This document shows, piece by piece, positions 40,618-48,766 of a DNA stretch of 55,329 nt. A program made the position numbers and the translations under genes. A model generated the notes under the pieces. That model saw only the letters and a list, made by a program, of their open reading frames with translations, did no database searches and was not told where the DNA came from. The DNA comes from Nitrososphaerota archaeon (GTDB lineage: Archaea; Thermoproteota; Nitrososphaeria; Conexivisphaerales; UBA164): contig JAFLXO010000005.1 in the NCBI GenBank assembly GCA_029786595.1, forward strand, positions 4,652-59,980, read 5' to 3'. Within the stretch, counting starts at the first letter, position 1; each line of letters starts with the position of its first letter.

Positions 40618-42687
40618 TTAAGTATTAGGGCTTGTAGCACCCATATACCCACCGTTTGTATTAAAAACCGCATTAGCATAAGATATACCTGTATTGCCGA
40701 TTGGATTGTTCACAGTATATGAATAATACCCATTACTAGCGGTTACAGTGTAGCCGGTCGCTAAATGCCCGCCGCCGCCATTATCGAAATATACAGTTAT
40801 TGTTTGCCCGCCCAGCCCTGCGCCATTATCGGATGTAGTTAGATATCCGTAAATCGTGTATGTACCAACGCCGGTGGTGAAGCCGGCACTCAATCCAGTT
40901 GGCGTGTAGTATGCCGCCGTAACGCTGGCCGTACCACCGGAACCAACTGATACAGAAGAAGGCGCACTGTATACACTCAAACCGTATTGTGAGTTACTAT
41001 AGGAAATCGAATATGTGCCCGGCGGCACCCAAGCTACGGCATCACTCCCACCACTATATACTAACTGTTTCCCGTTAGAAAGCGTAGCGGTAGAAATTGC
41101 GGTCGCCCCAGTGCCATAATCCTGCGATGAGTAGAATATTTCACCATCTTCACCAAAGTTCGCGCCGATCGAAGTTGGTGAGTATATGTTGAACTGGTAT
41201 GGATTGCCGCCCGAAACACCAGTCCACGATGAAAAATACCAATTTGTAGATGGGTACGCCGTCACCGTCACCAGCGTGCTCTCATTATACCAGCCACCGC
41301 CAGATACAGAACCAGAGCCAGAGTTCACATACGCATTCACGTAAAGCTGTGTGGTGTATGAAGCCGTGATGGTGGTGGAACCGTAGATGGTTTGCGAACC
41401 GCTCGAAGGATTCGGATTCACATACTGCACTCCGGAGCCGCCGCTGAAAGAGCTCCCGAAAGTATAGGTTATCGTGCTTCCGTAGTTGACCGTAACGCTG
41501 TAAGGCGTGGTTCCAGAACCGTAGTTCGTGGATACAGGTGCACCGCTGACCGGATTTGACTGGAACGTGACTGAATAGGAGTTAATGCCAAAGTTCGCGT
41601 ATATAGAGTTGGGCCCGTTCATGGTGACAGAATAGGTTGAACCAGTATTGCCGTTAGACCAATCGATGAAGTGCCATCCGCCTGCTGGAGATTCTGAGGC
41701 TGTTGCAGTGGAGCCAGCGTTGTACCAGCCGGAGCCGGATACGGAGCCTGAGCCGCTGGCTATGCCCACGGTAAAGTAGTACTGGAGCTGGTATGCTGCG
41801 GTTATGGATCCGCTGCCGGTTACTGTGAACGAGCCTGATTGCGAAGATGATAATCCGGTTGTGCTTTCCCATACATATTGCGCTCCTGAGCCGCCGGAGA
41901 CAGGGGATATCCATGAGAATGAGTGGGTTGTACCCTCCTGCCAGGTGAAGCTGATTGGCAATTGTGAATATGTGTACGGGTTGCCATCCACTGTTAGCAC
42001 TGTGCCGCTTGCGCTTGAACTCATTCCTGTTTGTGCGAATGTTACTGTTGCGTATATTGGGTTGAATGTGGCGGCTTCTGTTATGTTAGACCACATGTAC
42101 ACGGAGAACGTCTGATCCGAACCGCTGTAGCTGTACTGCCCCGTCCCTGTCCAGCCGCCCCACGAATAATACTGCGCCGGGGCGGCGGTCAGCGTGACCT
42201 TATCGCCGTAGGTGTAATAATATGTGCCTGGCGCTGGGGTGGTGGACCCGCCAGGGGTAGAAGTGATGGTGAGAGCGTATATATCAACGGTCGGGTTGTT
42301 TATGTCGAAGGGGACGTACCATTCGTTTCCGTAGGACGTCAAAATCGCATACCGGTACGGCGTCTGCAACGTAAAGTTGTAGCTGGAGCCCGGGTACAGC
42401 GTTATGGATTCGTTGATAAACGTGGGCGGGCTGCCGGTGTTCGGGTTCCATACCATTATCTGCGTTATCCTGGCCGTGTACTGCCCGCCGTTCGTGACCT
42501 CAAGGGTGGAGCCGCTGATGGCCATGGACAGGTACTCGGCGTCCTTGTAATGTAACAGGTTCGTAACTTGCTGCTCCTGATACAGGCTGCTGAAGATGCC
42601 CACGGCGAAGAACGAAATGGCCAGCACACACGCTACGGCGATCAACAGCACAAGCAGGCCGGCGAGCATGGAGGAGACAGCCTTCAT
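40618..42687 (-). CDS. Large pilin-like adhesin with repeated InlB-B/Flg_new-like beta modules
   Basis: MKA/VSS class III-like signal; repeated GSGSVSG.GWYN....T.TA.P...W.F..W modules; S/G/T/Y-rich. Confidence 0.85.
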   Translation of the reverse strand: MKAVSSMLAGLLVLLIAVACVLAISFFAVGIFSSLYQEQQVTNLLHYKDAEYLSMAISGSTLEVTNGGQYTARITQIMVWNPNTGSPPTFINESITLYPGSSYNFTLQTPYRYAILTSYGNEWYVPFDINNPTVDIYALTITSTPGGSTTPAPGTYYYTYGDKVTLTAAPAQYYSWGGWTGTGQYSYSGSDQTFSVYMWSNITEAATFNPIYATVTFAQTGMSSSASGTVLTVDGNPYTYSQLPISFTWQEGTTHSFSWISPVSGGSGAQYVWESTTGLSSSQSGSFTVTGSGSITAAYQLQYYFTVGIASGSGSVSGSGWYNAGSTATASESPAGGWHFIDWSNGNTGSTYSVTMNGPNSIYANFGINSYSVTFQSNPVSGAPVSTNYGSGTTPYSVTVNYGSTITYTFGSSFSGGSGVQYVNPNPSSGSQTIYGSTTITASYTTQLYVNAYVNSGSGSVSGGGWYNESTLVTVTAYPSTNWYFSSWTGVSGGNPYQFNIYSPTSIGANFGEDGEIFYSSQDYGTGATAISTATLSNGKQLVYSGGSDAVAWVPPGTYSISYSNSQYGLSVYSAPSSVSVGSGGTASVTAAYYTPTGLSAGFTTGVGTYTIYGYLTTSDNGAGLGGQTITVYFDNGGGGHLATGYTVTASNGYYSYTVNNPIGNTGISYANAVFNTNGGYMGATSPNT

Positions 42688-42716
42688 AACACAGCATGCT
42701 GGGATGGCTTAAAAGG
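42685..42716 (-). promoter_or_regulatory. Shared element promoter, copy 1 (adhesin)
   Basis: Minus strand CCTTTTAAGC-CATCCCA-GCATG-CTGTGTT-ATG. Confidence 0.75.
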
Positions 42717-42735
42717 CGCGGATGGTGATCGGAAA

Positions 42736-43018
42736 GATGTTTTACATAACCGCTCAACGCCGCTCCTCAGCAGGCAAAGGGTTGGGCTGTGCCCACACCG
42801 CCGGCCATTATTTTTTTACAAACCATGCACAGGGTGGACAGGACCGGGCGGAGCCCTCGTCAAGAAGGAATACATGGACTATCATCTAAAGCAACACTAG
42901 GGCCAGCCTGCGTTTTCCTACCGGATACCTACTTCACATATGGGTTTGAACTTCATGCCCAATATCCTTAAGTGCAATTATTAAAATAACGCCATGTTAA
43001 TTTTATTAAGCGAGCGTC
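42736..43018 (+). repeat. Internally deleted copy of the replicase locus
   Basis: 42736-42847 matches about 48299-48410; 42848-43018 matches 51162-51333 including GALVKKEYM..HLKQH*. Confidence 0.9.
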
Positions 43019-43387
43019 GTAGAATAAAGCCCACAGCCCTTTTTTGCCAACATCATTTAATAAATTTTAGAGGCTTGCCAAGATAAAATTGTTACTTTTA
43101 ATAAGCTGCATTGGTCATTTCAAATGCTTATAATGCTTATTTTTAGCGTTAAAACATCGAACTTTTGAATAATTAAACAAAACACGCTTTATTTCAAATA
43201 ACGTTATTTGAATTCGAGTTCACATAAGTTGATTGACGAACTGCAACTACGCAGATGATGGACATTAAAAACATCCTTTTATAAAAGGATCCTTAACAGG
43301 CAAAGCACGCCCACCGTTAACCTCCGTTTGTTTAAAACCGATATCGCTAATAACGTTTTTAAGCACCCTTAATTTAATTAGCTAGCT

Positions 43388-43951
43388 ATGAGTTATGAAC
43401 CGTACGTGCTTTATTACGGGAGCAATTTTTTTAACAGGGCGAAAAAGGTTTATTCAATAGGCATGCTGGACAAGCCGTTTGGAAAGATCCTTAAAAAATA
43501 CGGAGAAAACTCAACGTTTTTGAATAGAGAGCAGGCTTCTCAGCTGCTCGATTCGTTTTCAAGACAAAGCTCGATAACTGTTTCTAACGCGCAGATCATG
43601 AAAAATCTGTTGGAGGTTCTTTTCCTTCCTACTTCTCTATTGTACAGTTATTTTAAGAAGCTTTCTTTTGCGGAAGCACACGAATTAGATGATCTTATTG
43701 TAATGGAGTTCATGGGGTCCCAGACAAAGCCTTTCAAGCTTACTCCGCTTTTAATTTACATGTGGTTCTTAATCCCAAAATCCGAAGAGGGATACACGCA
43801 TTCTATCAATTTGATGAAGAGAATAAAGGACGATGTAGGGGTCCCCCCAATCGATAAGGAGGAATGGGACGATCTAAAACCATTGATCGAAAAATTCTCC
43901 AGAGCGCTGCCTGTTCGCGGGTCAGCGGAAAACCTGTGGGAAAAGCTTTAA
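43388..43951 (+). CDS. Hypothetical cytoplasmic protein
   Basis: 187-aa ORF with TTTTTAAG about 25 bp upstream; no recognised motif. Confidence 0.75.
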   Translation: MSYEPYVLYYGSNFFNRAKKVYSIGMLDKPFGKILKKYGENSTFLNREQASQLLDSFSRQSSITVSNAQIMKNLLEVLFLPTSLLYSYFKKLSFAEAHELDDLIVMEFMGSQTKPFKLTPLLIYMWFLIPKSEEGYTHSINLMKRIKDDVGVPPIDKEEWDDLKPLIEKFSRALPVRGSAENLWEKL

Positions 43952-44579
43952 GATCGATTCCTTGTTTTAAATCGTTAAACGTATAAGGCCGCTTATCGTA
44001 CGGCCTGTTTAATCTGAAAGCATAGCAGGATTTTGTCCTCCAGCCTTGAGCTGACCATGGATCTTAAATTACCTTGGATTACCCTTCTTTTTCGTTTTTT
44101 AAAACGCCCGATCAAAGGCGCATTAAGGGTACAGTCAGCGTACTTGGCGGCGTAGCCTACCAATGCAAGCATTTTGACGTCCTCCCCTTGTAAGCCTTGG
44201 CGGCCATGTACCTTCCGTAAAGCCATATCATTAAAAAAAGCAGGAAGGGCTCTAGGAACGGCATAAAAAACAGTATTATATCTAAAATTGTACCCGCTAT
44301 GCCAGGGGATATGGCCTGCAGCTAATGGAATTTAATTTCTTTATCTTTCTGCCCCTCATTTTTGAACGATGTTATGCCCGTAAGCCGGATTAGGATGTAT
44401 ACGAAATACACATTATGTTGCCTTTCCATACATGTTAATTTTATTTTATTTATTAATAATGAACATCACTGCGGCGCAGGATAACTAGCTAAAAGATCAG
44501 AACGGTATCTAAAAAATTACCTGTTTCATTAAGCTTTTTGAAAGCGTCTGCGTATAAGACCGTTTGAAATTTCTTAAAT

Positions 44580-45320
44580 TCAAACGGTAACTTTCTGCTG
44601 CAGATTGGAGGTCTGCCCGTCGAGATAAATCGCATAGTAGCTAACATATACGCTCTGGCCAGAACTAAGTGACGTGACGTTTGACAGTGTCCCAGTGTAG
44701 CTCTGCCCAGGTTTAAGGTCTGTCAAATCTATCTGATAGGTTTGTCCGCCAGAGATCAAATGCGCCTGCGCGTACATTATTTCATCAGTGCCATTGTTAT
44801 AAAAGGTAACAGCCCAGGTTGCCAAAGAGCTGCCGGATGTCAAGCTTATTTTATCGCTTTTAACAAGAAATGAATCATTAACGGGACCCAGCTCAGTCAG
44901 GGTTATAGATTTATTGAAGCTTTGATAGGCACCGTTTGTAAAGTATATTTTTATATTGGACGTATACTGTTGACCGTAGTAAACAGTTATAGAAGGTCCA
45001 GTTGTATACGCTGCTATCATACCAGCGCTGACCGGGCCAACATATATCATTGTTTGAAGAAGGGCTGTGCCGTTATAGAGTTCCGAAGTAATGTTTTCAA
45101 TGCTAATTGTACCTGTATTTTTTACAGTTATTGTCTGTGCAGCATTAGACGTAGTAGCCGCTAAAGTATCGTTTAAAATTTCTGCCGAATATGAAACCGC
45201 TGGTTGGCCGTTTGAGCCTTTATTATTCAAGCTTCCTGATCTGTATGTATTTTCAACGAATGCTGCCGCTATTAAAACCAGCACAACCACTATTATAATA
45301 GTTAATGTCTTAACTTTCAT
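44580..45320 (-). CDS. Membrane-anchored surface protein with two pilin/Ig-like domains
   Basis: N-terminal TM helix; duplicated TVKNTGT / TFYNNGT modules; many sequons. Confidence 0.8.
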   Translation of the reverse strand: MKVKTLTIIIVVVLVLIAAAFVENTYRSGSLNNKGSNGQPAVSYSAEILNDTLAATTSNAAQTITVKNTGTISIENITSELYNGTALLQTMIYVGPVSAGMIAAYTTGPSITVYYGQQYTSNIKIYFTNGAYQSFNKSITLTELGPVNDSFLVKSDKISLTSGSSLATWAVTFYNNGTDEIMYAQAHLISGGQTYQIDLTDLKPGQSYTGTLSNVTSLSSGQSVYVSYYAIYLDGQTSNLQQKVTV

Positions 45321-45517
45321 ACGACCAATTTTATTTTGGGATATTTAAAAATTTTTTGCCCCTTTGGGCCTTGGAAAACGGTTGCAGATTATCAGCCCAG
45401 CGCGGGCCTGGGTTAGAACGGCGCAGATCAGCCCCATCCAATATACGCATATCCGGGGCACAGCGTTCAAAGGACACGGTCTATCGATCGATCAAGCAAA
45501 CAAATGATGTACGGAAA

Positions 45518-45637
45518 TTTACCGCTAAATTGAAGGTGTAAAAATCAGAGGAGGGGGTTATGTAAAACATTATCAGGATGTTTTACATGACCCGCTGAAC
45601 GCCGCTCCTCAGCAGGCAAAGGGTTAGGCGGTGCCCA
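45518..45637 (+). repeat. 120-bp direct repeat (left copy) containing a 16-7-16 palindrome
   Basis: Four mismatches versus 48240-48359 by manual alignment; GGGTTATGTAAAACAT-TATCAGG-ATGTTTTACATGACCC at 45555-45593. Confidence 0.95.
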
Positions 45638-46243
45638 GAGGATGCTCCAAAAAACGCTTAGGTAGGTAAAAACGTTTGCAAATCGTTGAGCTGCGCCAAA
45701 TATCAAGAGTTTCAATGCTATCAATGGTTTTCCATTTTCCATTGCTCTAACTTTTTTGCCCTATTTAACCCCCTACTCCTATTTCCCTTTGCCTCGGGGA
45801 GCAAGATGTAATTTTAATGAAAGGATGAGGTAATTATACGGAGCTTGAATGGGGATGGAAAGTCAGAAGAAGGGAGTATGGAAAAGCGTTGATATCCTTG
45901 ATACCTTGATGTTTGGGCTGCGCCCGCCTTCTGGCACAGTACCATATACCGTGTATTCTTCTTATTATTGATCGTCCTATTGATATTATGCGCCGAGTAT
46001 GCCCTATATTTTTCAGGGCGGCGGTGCGCGAGCTTGGGACATATGCCCTGTAGCTATCACGCCGCTGGTGATAGAAGACCTTTACCGTCAGACCTGAAAT
46101 ATGTCTGAGGCCTTCAATAGTGAAGGTGTGTACGGGCCTTAGGTAATGGCTGCTCCAGAACATGCGTTAAATTTTTTTACAAACCTCAAACCAACTCGCC
46201 AGTTAATGAAGCATTTATATAAGAATGGATATATATAGGAATT

Positions 46244-46963
46244 ATGTGCTTAGGTAACGGTCAAGAAGCACTTCATCAGAATGTATCTGACGGGGAATTT
46301 TTTAATAAAATTGATGTAACAAAGGGGGAACTTGAAAGGAAGTTGGAAAAGTACAAGGCAGAGGAGGTTTATGCTTACATAGTACAATCTGTTGAATATG
46401 ACGGGTCAAAATTTTTACAGGCTGCCACAGGGCCGAACTTTGAAGGAGGGATAATAACTCTGTGTACATGTAAGCATAGGATGCGAGCCAGCAGTAGAAA
46501 GGTGAAAGAAGGATGGAAGTCAACCTGGATAGCGGGCTTTACGGGCCAACGCTTATTCAGGGATGGGCGGAATTATCTGTTCTATCTGATGCGCGTGGGG
46601 GAAGCGTTTCCGTCACAGAAAGCCCTTTGGGACAGCCTGGATACACATACACGGGAAGTGAAGAACGCTCTACATAACCCACTGGGCGACCTGTATCAAC
46701 CCAAGCCGTCCCCTGAATTTAAGAGTGAATATGAATGGGGCAGTTACTATGAACCCTGCAAGGACCATGATCACCGTAAGGATGGTATATGGAAAGGCGA
46801 TATAGATTATAAAGGTTTACACCCTTCCCTATTGCTCGGGGAAAAGGATAACAGCTACCTGTGGTTTGATAAGAGTAGGGCCCCAAGCTACAAAGGCGAC
46901 GGAAAGCAGTTCCGGCAGAAGAAATTCAATAGCTTGGAGGCATTCCTCAGGGAGCTCAGATAA
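46244..46963 (+). CDS. Nmad2-like protein (nucleotide modification associated domain 2)
   Basis: YAYIV...GPNFEGG.ITLCTCKH.MR...WIAGF...LFYLMRV...N..GD.Y...H..D pattern; TTTATATA upstream. Confidence 0.75.
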   Translation: MCLGNGQEALHQNVSDGEFFNKIDVTKGELERKLEKYKAEEVYAYIVQSVEYDGSKFLQAATGPNFEGGIITLCTCKHRMRASSRKVKEGWKSTWIAGFTGQRLFRDGRNYLFYLMRVGEAFPSQKALWDSLDTHTREVKNALHNPLGDLYQPKPSPEFKSEYEWGSYYEPCKDHDHRKDGIWKGDIDYKGLHPSLLLGEKDNSYLWFDKSRAPSYKGDGKQFRQKKFNSLEAFLRELR

Positions 46964-46977
46964 TCTGTGTCACGGAC

Positions 46978-47643
46978 ATGTCATGCATACTGATCAATGT
47001 CGGGTCCGGAGGGTCTAATCCGAACGGCAGGGGGAGAATATTTGATGACGGAACCTATGAATACCTGCCACTTCCGGAGCAGGAAAGGACCAGTGAGAAA
47101 ATTCCCACTTACAGGGACATCGGGTTCGAAAAGGTAAAATTCCCTGATATTGCAGTTCACCTTGACCCTGAATTCGAGACCTATACATATGGTCATGTCA
47201 TAAGGGGGTTCGGGGACGTAAGGCTCTTCGTGGGTCTCAAAGCCGGCGGCATGCTCGTCTTTTACTCGACCCTTCAGAATGGCCACCATTGGGCACCATA
47301 CATAATAGGGTACTTCTTCGTTGACCGGGCCATAGATTGCAGGAATTTTCAGGCCTCGGATATCTTCGCTCTCAGATCCGAGGGCTTTCAGAATAACGCC
47401 CATCTGAAGAGGATTGACCCTCAGGTTGATTTTCTGGTCAAAGGCGATGATAACTCCAGATTGCTGAAGAAGGCCTTTCGGATGACAGAAACAACGGAGC
47501 CGCTCGCCCTGCGAAAATCATTGAGAAACCTTCTATTCACGCCTAGCGGGCGGGCAATTGGCGACAGAAAACCATGGTACAGGTGGACGCTGATCTGTAA
47601 AAACCCTTCAGAACTCCTACAGGTCATTGCAGAAGACAGTTAA
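46978..47643 (+). CDS. Nmad3-like protein (nucleotide modification associated domain 3)
   Basis: INVG, GRIF.DGTYEYLPLPE, PTY.D, VHLDPEF...TYG, LVFYSTL, IIGYF.V and NNAH.KR motifs. Confidence 0.82.
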   Translation: MSCILINVGSGGSNPNGRGRIFDDGTYEYLPLPEQERTSEKIPTYRDIGFEKVKFPDIAVHLDPEFETYTYGHVIRGFGDVRLFVGLKAGGMLVFYSTLQNGHHWAPYIIGYFFVDRAIDCRNFQASDIFALRSEGFQNNAHLKRIDPQVDFLVKGDDNSRLLKKAFRMTETTEPLALRKSLRNLLFTPSGRAIGDRKPWYRWTLICKNPSELLQVIAEDS

Positions 47644-48239
47644 TATTAGCTTTCCGATTTCATTAACGCATCATTGATGTTTACATCCATGATCGAACAT
47701 AAAGGTTCTAGGTACTTCTGGACATCCAAGGGCGAAGATTGAACATTACCAGTACTCCGAACTAGAATGACCATCTAATCATGCCATAGAAATCGATTCT
47801 TTATTATATAGGGAATGCAGCCATATTGAACCTCATCCACATAAATACAATAATAATAAATCTGGAATATTTGAAAGACAGAAAGCCCTATTTCTTAAGT
47901 TTATAAACTGAGTTGGTTACGAATTAGACTTTGCTTTTGAGAATACCCAGAGGGCACCGTGGGCAGTGCTGCCGACGTAGCTGCTAATTTTTATTTTCTG
48001 CGTTTGGGGGAGCTATAATAAGCTTCATATATATATTGAGCGAGGAACTCAAGCTACTTGGAGTCAGGAAATTTCCTATGACTTCAAAAAGCATATGTAA
48101 TAAAATAGACACATATAAATCATTACTTTACCTTTTTGCAGTTGAATCAAAATTTGGGTCTTTGTTATCTGTGATGATCGCCATGTTCGATGCATAGGAA
48201 GGCAATATCGGAGGAGAGTAATATGGTTTTATGGTGAGG

Positions 48240-48410
48240 TTTACCGCTAAATTGAAGGTGTAAAAATCAGAGGATAGGGTTATGTAAAACATTATCAGGA
48301 TGTTTTACATGACTCGCTCAACGCCGCTCCTCAGCAGGCAAAGGGTTAGGCGGTGCCCACACCGCCAGACATTATTTTTTTGAAAACCATGGACAGGGCG
48401 GACAAGACGG
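48240..48410 (+). repeat. 120-bp direct repeat (right copy, 48240-48359) plus an extension shared with 42736-42847
   Basis: Manual alignment with the 45518 and 42736 copies; palindrome at 48277-48315. Confidence 0.95.
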
Positions 48411-48494
48411 CGCCCAGTATTAATGCTATCAATGTCCTTCCAAATATTTTTCTAAAAACCCCTGACATGGTTGGTTTTCTGGGTAGGGATCAAG

Positions 48495-48701
48495 CGTGTC
48501 AACCCTGTCAACCCTGTCATGGGGTTGGTATACTGTTACCCCCTAACCTTTACTCACCCTATATAAGCTCCCTTTTTTTCTCTTGGTTTGTGTTTAAAAA
48601 CCGCTGTTTTTACATGTGGAATAAGGGGTTTAAATAGGGCAGTGGAAATTTAAGGGGCTACAATATGGCACCCCCCTGACAGCCCTGACAGGGGTGACAC
48701 G
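48495..48701. other. Putative replication origin: inverted triplets of 9-bp-spaced TGTCA iterons flanking an AT-rich core
   Basis: CGTGTCAACCCTGTCAACCCTGTCATGGGG (48495-48524) is an imperfect inverted repeat of CCCCCTGACAGCCCTGACAGGGGTGACACG (48672-48701); immediately upstream of the replicase. Confidence 0.7.
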
Positions 48702-48733
48702 GTCATCCGAACCCCAAGGGCGACCCTGTCATG

Positions 48734-48766
48734 CCTTTTAAGCAAATTTTTGCATGCGTGCGCATG
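48734..48766 (+). promoter_or_regulatory. Shared element promoter, copy 2 (replicase)
   Basis: CCTTTTAAGC-AAATTTTT-GCATG-CGTGCGC-ATG; implies a true start at 48764. Confidence 0.75.

Noticed and set aside
42752-42787. Integron attC site (RYYYAAC...GTTRRRY ends)
   Set aside because: Only 36 bp, no recognisable L boxes, and no integron integrase in the window; kept only as an unexplained hairpin.
45834-46163. 109-aa minus-strand ORF inside the repeat-bounded cassette, a possible third component
   Set aside because: Atypical composition and no motif; plus-strand frames are also broken; may be a decayed gene but cannot be supported.
47644-48239. Possible additional gene downstream of Nmad3
   Set aside because: Only short interrupted frames found in the part translated; no recognisable product.
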